A program made the position numbers and the translations under genes. A stretch of 58,227 nt of DNA, from positions 1-58,227 of the IMG/VR virus record IMGVR_UViG_3300027708_003611, one strand, 5' to 3'. This DNA is from a virus (taxonomy: Duplodnaviria; Caudoviricetes). Of this stretch, positions 18,109 through 27,766 are shown piece by piece. The notes under the pieces are model-generated. The model had not been told where the DNA came from. It saw nothing but the letters and a program-made list of their open reading frames with translations, and did no database searches. Every line of letters starts with the position of its first letter. Positions within the stretch are counted from its first letter, which is position 1.

Positions 18109-18407
18109 ACTTGTTCTAATTTTATTGTCTTTATATTCTTTTTAAAATTTTTAAGTAAATCTTGAGACCAATCGTCTTCATAATTTTCTTCTTTATAGAA
18201 ACAAATTTTATTTAATTCTATATCATTATTACAATAATGTTTTAATTCTTTTGCTAAGGCAAGCATTTCTGTATAATCGTTTGTTTCCCATTCTGCACCT
18301 ATATTAACAGAAGTAGAAAAAAGAAGTGCCTCAATAAGTCGATTAATTTTATTCTTATCAAGGTTTAAATTAACAGAGCTCGTATTATTTAATGTTGTAT
18401 TGCTCAT
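18105..18407 (-). CDS. hypothetical protein, first gene of the queD-queE-kinase operon
   Basis: TTGAAC-N16-TATTAT-N6-ATG upstream; ATGA overlap with queD. Confidence 0.6.
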   Translation of the reverse strand: MSNTTLNNTSSVNLNLDKNKINRLIEALLFSTSVNIGAEWETNDYTEMLALAKELKHYCNNDIELNKICFYKEENYEDDWSQDLLKNFKKNIKTIKLEQV

Positions 18408-18441
18408 ACAACTATAATACTATACTTTGAGTATAGTTCAA

Positions 18442-19848
18442 CTATTTAGCAAGATATTGCTTGAGTTCATTAATGCCTTTTGGACCGATAAAAATTTTAG
18501 CAAGTTCAGTATAAAATTTACCCGTATCTTTTAAATCGTAAGCGTTTTTTGCTGTTCGATAAAAATCAAACACTCTATTTTTTTCTATATCTAACTCCAT
18601 TTTTGCCTTAGCAACAGCATCTATATTATTAGGATCAATACTATCAATTACTTTGTCACACTCTTCAAGATGCTGTTGTACAGCTTGCTTAATACTATTA
18701 AAAGTTTTATCAAAATTCTTACCTTCATAGGCAAGTTTTAGCTCTGGTGTTTCATTAAACGCGTCTTGAAATAGAACATTAATAATTTCATCAATTGTTT
18801 TATATTGCTTTTCTGTTTCAACAACTTTACTAACTCTTTTTAAAGCAGAAAACGAATCCGAAGAGTGTAGTATTATATCTATTTTATCCTTAAAAATAGA
18901 TTTTAAATTTTTAAGAAAATCTGATCCTGCGTGCAACTCTTCACGCTGACGAGCAAATTCTGGGTCAACAAACTTAGCTATAGCTCCGTTTTTAATGTTT
19001 CTAACAATAACTCCTTCAAGTTTATCACTGCCAAGGCTTGATGGCACTTGAGTAACCTGGTTAATAAGTGAATTACTATACTTAGATAATAGAGAGCGTA
19101 GCTCTTCATCAGCTAAAGCTCTATTTTTTACAGTATCTGCATCGCGTTTTTTATTTAAAAACAATTCTTTATTAATAGATAAAAATGTTTTAATTTTGTT
19201 TTTTAAATTGTTTGAATTAAGATTAACATCAAGTACTGTTTTAATATAAATTTTCCATCCGTCTTTATTATCAAAAAAAGTTTTAAATTGCTTTAATATA
19301 TTCATACCAACTTTAGTGTTGGTAATATTAATACCTTTTTTATCGTTAGGACTATTCAAGAACAGAAAAAATAAATAAATAGCACCGCGTCCAATTTTTT
19401 CTTTCTTGTATTGAAGTACATTTGCTTTTTCGTCACCAGAAAACAACTCACCAAAAATTTGTAAACCTGTAAAATTTGAGTTTAACTGTTTTAATTCGCT
19501 GTTATTTTTTCTTACAATCTGTTCGTACCAATCTTGAAACGAATTATCTTCGAGATAATTAAAAAGCTTAGCAAAAACTATATTATGAGGATATACTTTA
19601 GCTAATTCTTCAAAATGCTTAGTATCGACTTGAGGTTCTTGTGTTTTTGATTTAACAAACATCTGACCACTTTCATCTAAACCAAATGAAACGTTATAAC
19701 CGTCTACTTTTTCAGTAACATCCCACTCTTCATCTTCTGAAAGGAAAAAATCAATAGCTTGTACCGGTGTCATTTTAATAAGATGCGGTATAGAAGGCAT
19801 TTTTATAGCTTCTTTTACTAACATGTAATTACTAAATGATAAATTCAT
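18442..19848 (-). CDS. ATP-dependent RNA-ligase-like covalent nucleotidyltransferase
   Basis: motif I EKVDG, III FGELF, IV EGVIV, V AKF. Confidence 0.7.
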   Translation of the reverse strand: MNLSFSNYMLVKEAIKMPSIPHLIKMTPVQAIDFFLSEDEEWDVTEKVDGYNVSFGLDESGQMFVKSKTQEPQVDTKHFEELAKVYPHNIVFAKLFNYLEDNSFQDWYEQIVRKNNSELKQLNSNFTGLQIFGELFSGDEKANVLQYKKEKIGRGAIYLFFLFLNSPNDKKGINITNTKVGMNILKQFKTFFDNKDGWKIYIKTVLDVNLNSNNLKNKIKTFLSINKELFLNKKRDADTVKNRALADEELRSLLSKYSNSLINQVTQVPSSLGSDKLEGVIVRNIKNGAIAKFVDPEFARQREELHAGSDFLKNLKSIFKDKIDIILHSSDSFSALKRVSKVVETEKQYKTIDEIINVLFQDAFNETPELKLAYEGKNFDKTFNSIKQAVQQHLEECDKVIDSIDPNNIDAVAKAKMELDIEKNRVFDFYRTAKNAYDLKDTGKFYTELAKIFIGPKGINELKQYLAK

Positions 19849-21023
19849 ATTTTAACGTTTTTAGATTCTAGTTCTTTTATTTTTATTTGATTAATTCCGG
19901 GTACATGTGCTAAGAAAAACTTAATACCAGTAGCTGCACTATCAGGTTTTACTTGATTTGGTACTTTTTGTTTTAAACCGTCTATATATTTGTCAAAAAT
20001 GTGCTGTTTTCTTGTAGAGTCTTCTAAACTTGATACAAATTCAATCATTTTTACAAAATGTTTGATACTTCTGGTATCTTTAAAGCCAAGAAGCTTAGTA
20101 ATTATATTCATAGCGTTGTAAGGAATTACCTGCGGTATACCATTTTTAGACATATCAACGATTTTACTAATTCTATCGTAAGTTATACCACCTTTAGAAT
20201 AACTAGAGGGTTTTCCGTCTTTTAAAAATATAACTCTATATGTAAAACCGTCACCAGTTAATGAAGGTTTTATTTGAAAATCTAATTTAAATTTATTTCC
20301 GTTTTTTTCTTTAAAATTTTTATAAATTAATGAATTTTCAACTTCTTTGCGTATTAAATCTTCAACGTTTTTATCAACAGGGTGAGTGGCGATGATAGCA
20401 GATTCAAGTAAATCTCGTTGAGCACCGTTAATTCCGTGAGCTGTATCAGCTGCACTACTGAATTGTTTATGAGCGAAGAAATCTCCCTTCTTTGTCATAT
20501 TAACAATGTCAATTTGAATTATTTGTTCAGAATCCGTTAACACTACTGCTGTGAAAACTTCATTAGTAGCTTGTTCAGCAGCGTATTTTTTAGGATTATC
20601 ATCCATAAGTGTACGAGCTATCATTTCAGCAGTTACTCCTTCCTTATATTTTACGTCTAAATCAATATCGCCAAATACTTTCTTGTTGTTTAGTGCATGT
20701 TTTACAGTTTCGATATCTTCGATTTCATCAACAATTTCGTTTATATGTTTTTTACCAGAAGCTACAGCAAAAAGTCGTGATGAACCTAATATATATTGCG
20801 GTTCATCTTCTTCGATTAAATTATGAGTTAATAATATTTGACGAATTTTATCAATTTCAGATAAAACTGCCTTATTGGGCTGAGCTGGAGCGTAAAACAA
20901 ATTAGAGTTTCCAGATAACTCTCTTAATTTTTGAGTTTGATTAATAGCTGATTGACCACCTTCAACTAAAAGAGATGAAATGTGTTTTTTATTAAAAAAA
21001 TTACTAAAGGACTCCTGTAACAT
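19845..21023 (-). CDS. Pol-beta-superfamily nucleotidyltransferase-like protein
   Basis: LGSS, GDIDLDV, QIDIV: GS + DxD + third Asp. Confidence 0.65.
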   Translation of the reverse strand: MLQESFSNFFNKKHISSLLVEGGQSAINQTQKLRELSGNSNLFYAPAQPNKAVLSEIDKIRQILLTHNLIEEDEPQYILGSSRLFAVASGKKHINEIVDEIEDIETVKHALNNKKVFGDIDLDVKYKEGVTAEMIARTLMDDNPKKYAAEQATNEVFTAVVLTDSEQIIQIDIVNMTKKGDFFAHKQFSSAADTAHGINGAQRDLLESAIIATHPVDKNVEDLIRKEVENSLIYKNFKEKNGNKFKLDFQIKPSLTGDGFTYRVIFLKDGKPSSYSKGGITYDRISKIVDMSKNGIPQVIPYNAMNIITKLLGFKDTRSIKHFVKMIEFVSSLEDSTRKQHIFDKYIDGLKQKVPNQVKPDSAATGIKFFLAHVPGINQIKIKELESKNVKI

Positions 21024-21031
21024 ACATAGTG

Positions 21032-21421
21032 TTACTTGGCAGGTGTAGAGGGAGTATTAACGTGATTAATATAACCTGTAATGATCTTCTGATGATTGGG
21101 ATCAGCTAGTACTTTAGTGACGTCTGCTGCAGACTTAGTATCTGCTAAAGCATTTATAGTGGTAGCAGTTTGAGGAGAAGTTAAGCTAAAAGGAGTAGCT
21201 GTATTAGGAGCTGTTCCAGGCTTTGGAGGTTGCTGTTGATTAGTAGGATTACCAACATTAGCAGGGTTAGCAGAAGAAGTTGCTGTAGCAGGGTTAGCTG
21301 TATTTGTTACATTTGTATTAGTAGTTGGAGCTGTAGTACTATTAATAGATGGTGCGCTTTGAGGGGTAACAGGTCCGAGCTCTGTTAACATTGTATTTAA
21401 AAGGGATTCAAATTTAGACAT
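21032..21421 (-). CDS. T/P/N-rich low-complexity late protein
   Basis: TAAATA upstream; MSKFESLLNTMLTE then a mucin-like stretch. Confidence 0.65.
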   Translation of the reverse strand: MSKFESLLNTMLTELGPVTPQSAPSINSTTAPTTNTNVTNTANPATATSSANPANVGNPTNQQQPPKPGTAPNTATPFSLTSPQTATTINALADTKSAADVTKVLADPNHQKIITGYINHVNTPSTPAK

Positions 21422-21496
21422 ATATTGTATTTAATCTTAAACTCTATATTTTTATAGAACATTTGTAAGGTGCCGTAAAGGCTTTTAATTCATTTA

Positions 21497-22012
21497 TTAT
21501 AAGTTGTCTGAAAAATCTACTGTTCCTGAAGAAAAAGTTTTACTTTTTTTATAATTTTTAATAAAAGTGTATAACATGTTTTTATTAGCAAACTTATCAA
21601 TATTTTGATTGTTTATTTTATTTTTATTAATTGCACTTAAAACAGACATTTCAATATCCGGAGAATTAAATGATGTACATTCACACCACGGCGATGGAAA
21701 TACATTAAGTACTTTTTTTAATTTAATATTTGTAAACGGTATGCCTTTGGTAATGGGATAAACAACCAGAGCTTTATTATACTTACTAGGGCACTCCTTA
21801 AGAGCTGCACAAAATTTTTCTAAACAATAATGATAAAAAAATCTAGTTACATCTGTTGAACCTTTACCATTAACTTTTAATGGTATATTGTATTTTTTAC
21901 ATACAAAAAGTGTTTCTCTTATAGCTTGTATTAAAAGCGGTTCAAAGTCAATAGCACACACTCTACTACCGTGAAATTCTTTATAATTCATATTACTGAA
22001 GCATTGTTTCAA
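21497..22012 (-). CDS. hypothetical protein
   Basis: 171 aa ORF in a minus-strand operon. Confidence 0.6.
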   Translation of the reverse strand: MKQCFSNMNYKEFHGSRVCAIDFEPLLIQAIRETLFVCKKYNIPLKVNGKGSTDVTRFFYHYCLEKFCAALKECPSKYNKALVVYPITKGIPFTNIKLKKVLNVFPSPWCECTSFNSPDIEMSVLSAINKNKINNQNIDKFANKNMLYTFIKNYKKSKTFSSGTVDFSDNL

Positions 22013-22604
22013 TTTGTTCTAATGTAAGTCCGTCATGTAATGCTTCTTCTGTTATTTGATGTAACTGATTAAAAACATTTTTTATCTTTTCTTCGTATTC
22101 TAAAACTTGTAAATGGTTATTTTTATTGTAATTTAACTTATTTTGATTTTCAAGTAATGAAGTTTGATTAATAAGATCTAATTTTGAACCGAGATACTTT
22201 TTAATTTTTAAAATGTTTCTAACATAAGGAGAATAAGCAACTTTTTCTTGTTCAGTTAAAGGTTCTTTAATTTTATTACCGTTATTATCGATTATACCTA
22301 ACTTAAAGGCAATAAAATTTTCATAATTCTTGTTTAATTCTTTTATTAAAAATTGATTTTGTATGTTTTGTTGTAATGTTTCACCAAACATAGAATTAAA
22401 ATTAATACCGTGCATATGAATTTTATCAAACGGGTTTAAATGACAGCCTCTACCGTAATTTGGAGAACCGCAATATGAGCACTTTTTTGGATCATCCGGG
22501 TGAAAGTGAACTCCGTTTGGTGCATATTTACACCCCTTACCGTAGCTTGTTGAACCACAATACAAACAGCGATTAACTTTTTTAGCTACTAGATTCTTAT
22601 TCAT
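21993..22604 (-). CDS. hypothetical protein with two tandem Cys/His zinc-finger-like repeats
   Basis: CLYCGS..YG.GC...P...H.H twice; AFKLGIIDNNG segment. Confidence 0.7.
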   Translation of the reverse strand: MNKNLVAKKVNRCLYCGSTSYGKGCKYAPNGVHFHPDDPKKCSYCGSPNYGRGCHLNPFDKIHMHGINFNSMFGETLQQNIQNQFLIKELNKNYENFIAFKLGIIDNNGNKIKEPLTEQEKVAYSPYVRNILKIKKYLGSKLDLINQTSLLENQNKLNYNKNNHLQVLEYEEKIKNVFNQLHQITEEALHDGLTLEQIETMLQ

Positions 22605-23023
22605 TTCTTTATATTTAATAGATTTTTTGGAGGTCTACCGATTCTTAAATTTAAAATACCGTTATAATAATCATCTTTTAACAAGACTTCTCTACCTATT
22701 TGTTCTTTGACTTCCTCGTAAGCCAATTCCCATTTTGAGCCGCAAGTTTTAAGTATCTCAAACTTAAAATTCTCTTTTCCAATTTTAATGATATCATTAT
22801 TTAAATCAACTGAAGAACTTGTATAAAACTTCCAATCCGACTCTTTAAACTCAATTCTTTTGTTTTTTTTACCTTTTAGCGGTTTCCGCTTAAATTTTGA
22901 AATACATTGTTTTTTACCAATATATTTCTTGTTATTTGTAATATTTGTTATTAGGTAAATAAAACCAAATATTTTTTCGTTTATTTCAACATCTTTCCAC
23001 AGAACCCAGTGACCTGTATCCAT
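22601..23023 (-). CDS. GIY-YIG endonuclease
   Basis: GFIYLITN...KKYIGKK, YYN. Confidence 0.8.
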   Translation of the reverse strand: MDTGHWVLWKDVEINEKIFGFIYLITNITNNKKYIGKKQCISKFKRKPLKGKKNKRIEFKESDWKFYTSSSVDLNNDIIKIGKENFKFEILKTCGSKWELAYEEVKEQIGREVLLKDDYYNGILNLRIGRPPKNLLNIKK

Positions 23024-23262
23024 TATTTTTTACGTTTGCGACGTTTTGATTTAGATTTACTACCGTAAATTGAGTTTGAAATCCTACTTCTTGTAATAAC
23101 TTTAGAACCTAAAGGTTTAGCTACTCTAATGTCTTTATTGGCATATGTATCTGCTGAAAGCTGTGAAGCTGTGGATGTGACACCGGCTCCAAGTACACTA
23201 CCTGCACCACCAGCTACATTCATATTTTCATTTAAAATGCTGTTAACAATGCTATCAAACAT
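23023..23262 (-). CDS. small late protein with basic C-terminus
   Basis: start reassigned to ATG 23262 (MFDSIVNSILNE) after TATAAATA; avoids overlap with uvsY. Confidence 0.6.
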   Translation of the reverse strand: MFDSIVNSILNENMNVAGGAGSVLGAGVTSTASQLSADTYANKDIRVAKPLGSKVITRSRISNSIYGSKSKSKRRKRKK

Positions 23263-23316
23263 ATTCACATTAATATTTATAGTTGTTTTATTGCAATTAA
23301 TAGCTAAAATGGGGTT

Positions 23317-23739
23317 ATGGATGTAACCCCTGAAGAAATTAAAGAATCTCTTTTTGAAAAATATAACGAAGAGATTAAAAAGTATGTAGCTGTAGACGAG
23401 TTCAATATGAAGCAAATTCAAATGGATTTACCCGGTGCTCGTCATTATTGGGTAGGACGTTTAATGTTTCATAAACAAGAAATTTTAAAACTTGTAAAAT
23501 TACGTAAACAAGCAGTTATTAAACTTTCAGATAAAATTCAAGCTGAGTTACCCGTAGGTACTAGTATCAGGACTAGGGAAATGGCAGCTGATAATCATCC
23601 AACTATTCAGAAAATAGATGAATTAATTGCTGAAAATGAAATGCTAGTTGAGTATCTAGGTAAAATTGAATCAAACTTTAGAAGTATAAGTTATGATATT
23701 AAAAATTTAATTGAAATTGTAAAGCTTGAAACAACATAA
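23317..23739 (+). CDS. uvsY: recombination mediator UvsY-like
   Basis: helical 140 aa, C-terminal YDIKNLIE, immediately upstream of uvsW as in T4-like phages. Confidence 0.7.
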   Translation: MDVTPEEIKESLFEKYNEEIKKYVAVDEFNMKQIQMDLPGARHYWVGRLMFHKQEILKLVKLRKQAVIKLSDKIQAELPVGTSIRTREMAADNHPTIQKIDELIAENEMLVEYLGKIESNFRSISYDIKNLIEIVKLETT

Positions 23740-25196
23740 TGATAAATGTTACTATAGATTTTGATTCCGGTAGAAAGAAAGGTATTTTAATAACAGATTA
23801 TATTTCTAATATACGCGAATATTTTTCTGTAGAAGATAAAAATCAAGCTTTTAAAAGACGATTTAGTGTTGGTTATAGACCACCGTCAAGACAGTATGCA
23901 ATCACTCCTCAAGGAAGATTTGAACCTAGACTAGTTTATACTATCTTAGAATATTTACAAACATTAGAAGTACCGCTTAATATTCAAATAACAGATAAGT
24001 TTAAAGATTTTATACATACTCCACATTTATGGGATGAGGACAAAGATATAGTTACTTTAGGTATGTCTCTGAGAGACTATCAGTATGAAACTGTTAAAGC
24101 TGCTTTAAAGAATAAAAATGGTGTAATAATTTTACCTACTTCTGCCGGTAAGACATTTGTTATGGCAACAATTGTTAGATCTATTCAATTACAACAAAAT
24201 AAACTAAAAACACTAATACTAGTACCCGACATTCAATTAGTTACACAATCTTATTCAGATTTTATTGAGTATGGAATACCGAAAAACGAAATAACTAAAT
24301 GGACAGGAAGTTATGAGCCTGATTTTAACGCTTCTATTATAATAGCTAATATACAAATTCTTCAATCTGAAAAACAAGACTTATCTTTACTTAAAGATGT
24401 AGAATTACTAATCATAGACGAAGTTCATAAACTTAAACACGGTAATAAGGTAAATAAAATAGTAGATCAGATAACAGCAAAATATCGCTTCGGTCTTACA
24501 GGTACAATGCCCGATAATAAAATAGATGAATGGAATATTCTGGGTAAACTCGGAAGAGTAATTTACAAAAAACAATCAATTGATCTTAGAGAACTAAATT
24601 ACATATCTCAAGTTCATGTTGCCATACTAAAAGTTACATATAGTAATCTTCCTAAATTTACTAAATCAAACGGAGCATCACCTACAGCAGGATACGAGGA
24701 AGAAATACAATTTTTACAAACAAATATTTTTAGAAACAGCTTAATTACAAAAATAATAAACGGTGTTAATAAAAACACACTTATTATGGTTGATAGAATA
24801 GCACATGGTGAAGAATTATTAAGAGTGCTTTCTAGTAATACAAAGAAGAAAGTATATTTTGTTCACGGAGATATTGAAATAGAGGAAAGAGAAAATATAC
24901 GTAAACTTATGGAAAAAGAAGACAATATAATCTGTATAGCTATATCTAAAATTTTTAGTACAGGTATTAATATTAAAAATCTTCATAATATAGTTTTTGC
25001 GGCTATAGGTAAAGCTAAGATAAAAATTATACAATCTATAGGCAGAAGCCTACGTAAGCACACCAGTAAGAAGAGAGCAACTATTTTTGATATTGGTGAT
25101 AATTTACGGTATGGTAACGCTCATTTAGACGAACGTATAAGATTATACGATAACGAACAAATACCTTACACTATTACAGACATAAATCAAAGTTGA
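23739..25196 (+). CDS. uvsW: SF2 DNA helicase UvsW
   Basis: LRDYQ, PTSAGKT, DEVH, GLTGT, FSTGINIKNLH, QSIGRSLR. Confidence 0.92.
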   Translation: MINVTIDFDSGRKKGILITDYISNIREYFSVEDKNQAFKRRFSVGYRPPSRQYAITPQGRFEPRLVYTILEYLQTLEVPLNIQITDKFKDFIHTPHLWDEDKDIVTLGMSLRDYQYETVKAALKNKNGVIILPTSAGKTFVMATIVRSIQLQQNKLKTLILVPDIQLVTQSYSDFIEYGIPKNEITKWTGSYEPDFNASIIIANIQILQSEKQDLSLLKDVELLIIDEVHKLKHGNKVNKIVDQITAKYRFGLTGTMPDNKIDEWNILGKLGRVIYKKQSIDLRELNYISQVHVAILKVTYSNLPKFTKSNGASPTAGYEEEIQFLQTNIFRNSLITKIINGVNKNTLIMVDRIAHGEELLRVLSSNTKKKVYFVHGDIEIEERENIRKLMEKEDNIICIAISKIFSTGINIKNLHNIVFAAIGKAKIKIIQSIGRSLRKHTSKKRATIFDIGDNLRYGNAHLDERIRLYDNEQIPYTITDINQS

Positions 25197-25232
25197 TTAT
25201 TAAAAATATTAATATATTATAACTAGTAGTTT

Positions 25233-25802
25233 ATGGCCACCAAAAAAAATAATGATGAAGATTTTTACATGGATGATTTATCTTTAGAAATAGATGATAT
25301 AAAACCAAAAAAAGACCCTAAGAAGAGAGTAAGACGTACAAAGGAAGAATTAAAACCTAATTATGTAGACCCTATTTATATGGAGGTATGTATTAAAAAG
25401 TATTACGAAACAGGTGTACTTGACAACGAATTAGCTGATATGATTCAGAAAATCGGTACACGGCTAGGCTACGCGCAAAATTTTATTAACTATTCTTATA
25501 AAAGTGAAATGATTGGTGATGCAGTAATTAAAATGATTACTGCTTTAACACGTCATAGGTTTAAATGTGATAGTGGTTATAATCCTTTTTCCTATTTTAC
25601 AAAAGTAGCGTATAGAGCGTTTCAGAACAGAATAAAGAAAGAAAAGAAAGAGCATGACACTATTCATCGATATCAAAACGAAGTATATAGTTTATTAGAG
25701 GAATCAGGTCAGCTGCCCTCGAGAAAAAATTCTCACTTAGAAGACGATAGTAATAGTTCCCTCTACGACGAAAGCCTTTCTACTGAAAGCAGTAATGATT
25801 AA
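25233..25802 (+). CDS. late transcription sigma factor (T4 gp55-like)
   Basis: NFINYSY..EMIGDA, NPFSYFT....AF..RIKKEKK. Confidence 0.9.
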   Translation: MATKKNNDEDFYMDDLSLEIDDIKPKKDPKKRVRRTKEELKPNYVDPIYMEVCIKKYYETGVLDNELADMIQKIGTRLGYAQNFINYSYKSEMIGDAVIKMITALTRHRFKCDSGYNPFSYFTKVAYRAFQNRIKKEKKEHDTIHRYQNEVYSLLEESGQLPSRKNSHLEDDSNSSLYDESLSTESSND

Positions 25803-26853
25803 TTTTTCTAGCAACAAAGTAGCCTGTATTAGTGATTTACATCTAGGTGTACATCAAGATTCAGCTGTCTGGCATGATATAGCCATTAACTTTGCTCACT
25901 GGCTTAATAATACGTTAAGAGATAAAAATATTAATGACATTATTATTGCCGGTGATATATTTCACAATAGACACGAAATAGGTGTTAATACTATTCACGC
26001 TACACATAAATTTTTCGATATATTAAAAGATTATAACATTATAGCTATAACCGGTAATCATGATTGTTTTTATAAAGATAAGTCTGATGTTAATTCTATA
26101 TCTATTCTTAATAATAAAAATATAACCGTATATCAAGACTTAAGAACTTATTTTATTAATAATAAATCATTTACATTCTGCCCTTGGGGCACTACACTTG
26201 ACAGTATACCTAAAAGTGATGTAGTAATAGGTCATTTTGAAATTACAAATTTCAAAATGAATCAACATAAGATATGTGATCACGGCTTTGATACTGAGAA
26301 ATTAATTGATAAAGGTAAAATTATTATTACGGGTCATTTTCACTACCGTGAGCATAGAAAATACTCAAACAATAGAAGTATTCTTTATCTTGGTTCACCA
26401 TACGAACTAGATTTTGGTGATAGAGATCAAGTGAAGGGTATATCTATTCTTGATACTGATACTCTTGAAATTGAATTAATTGAAAATAATATAACACCTA
26501 AGCATAAAAAAGTTAAAATTTCAGAACTTACAGATGGTTCTGTTAAGTTAGAAGATTTATCATTAATAGTTTCTAATAACTTTATAGATCTTAGTATTGA
26601 TAAAAATCTTAACTCACAAGCATTAGATTTAATTTTATCAAAATTTAATCAATGTAAACCGCTACATGTAAGAACAAATTTTAATATTTTTGAAAATATT
26701 CAATTATCAGCTACAGATATGGAAAACTTCAGTTTTGATATTGAATCTTCGTTACATGAATTTGTAAACTTACTTGAAACTAAAGTAAACAAAAAAGATA
26801 TTTTAGATAAATGTTTAGATCTCTACAAACAATCTTTAATTACAAATGAATAA
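25795..26853 (+). CDS. recombination endonuclease subunit (gp47/Mre11-like)
   Basis: SDLHLG, GDIFH, GNHD, GHFH, YLGSPYE. Confidence 0.92.
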   Translation: MINFSSNKVACISDLHLGVHQDSAVWHDIAINFAHWLNNTLRDKNINDIIIAGDIFHNRHEIGVNTIHATHKFFDILKDYNIIAITGNHDCFYKDKSDVNSISILNNKNITVYQDLRTYFINNKSFTFCPWGTTLDSIPKSDVVIGHFEITNFKMNQHKICDHGFDTEKLIDKGKIIITGHFHYREHRKYSNNRSILYLGSPYELDFGDRDQVKGISILDTDTLEIELIENNITPKHKKVKISELTDGSVKLEDLSLIVSNNFIDLSIDKNLNSQALDLILSKFNQCKPLHVRTNFNIFENIQLSATDMENFSFDIESSLHEFVNLLETKVNKKDILDKCLDLYKQSLITNE

Positions 26854-27658
26854 AATAGGAATTGGAATTATAACTTGCGATAGACCCAAATATTTAACAG
26901 AGTTGTTAAATACACTTAACACTCAAGCTTCTAATATTAATGAGGTAATAATTGTTGATGATGGTGAGACTTCATCTGTTGAAAACATTAACAAAACAAA
27001 TTGGAACGTTTACAAAACTACAGGTAAAATCGGTGTCGGTAAATCAAAAAATATTGCATTTGATTATCTTTTAAAAAAAGACTGTGAATATTTATTTTTA
27101 TTAGAAGATGATATTATTATAAAAGATACAAATATTTTTCAAAAATATATAGAAGCATCTAATTTATCAGGTATACAGCATTTTAATTTTGCATTTCACG
27201 GTAATGATAACTATTTACCAAATGGAGCGCCCGCTATAAGACTAAAAGTAGAATATAGTAAAGATATAGCTGTCTGCTTCTACCCGAATGTATATGGTGC
27301 TTTTAGTTTTTACACTAAAAAGTGCTTAGAAACTGTTGGATTAATGGACCCGATATACTATAACGCTATGGAACACGTTGATCATACATTTTTTATAGCT
27401 CAGGCAGGCATGACATCACCATTTAGATGGTTTGCTGATATAGCTGATAGTAACAAGTATATTGAAGAATTAGATAAGAATCATTCTGGTAGTGAAATTA
27501 GACGAGATGAAAAATGGGCATCTAATTTTCAAAAAGCAGTAGCAATATTTGCAAATAAATCTAAAATTAATGTAACAGGTCCTACAGATGTCTTTTGGAC
27601 TAAAGAACAAACTATTGATATTGTAAAACAAATAAGAAAGAAATATAGAAAAAAATGA
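26846..27658 (+). CDS. GT2-family glycosyltransferase
   Basis: IITCDRP, IVDDG, LLEDD, EHVD. Confidence 0.8.
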   Translation: MNKIGIGIITCDRPKYLTELLNTLNTQASNINEVIIVDDGETSSVENINKTNWNVYKTTGKIGVGKSKNIAFDYLLKKDCEYLFLLEDDIIIKDTNIFQKYIEASNLSGIQHFNFAFHGNDNYLPNGAPAIRLKVEYSKDIAVCFYPNVYGAFSFYTKKCLETVGLMDPIYYNAMEHVDHTFFIAQAGMTSPFRWFADIADSNKYIEELDKNHSGSEIRRDEKWASNFQKAVAIFANKSKINVTGPTDVFWTKEQTIDIVKQIRKKYRKK

Positions 27659-27766
27659 ATGAAGCACTTATACATAAAACATATAATATATTTTTAGATA
27701 ATCTACCTCACTGTGATAATCTCACACAAGAACATCTTAAAGTAGTTTCCCGTGATGAAAAATAAT

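Noticed and set aside
23263-23421. N-terminal extension of ORF 23023..23421
   Set aside because: Overlaps uvsY on the opposite strand; the late promoter and N-terminal motif indicate a start at 23262
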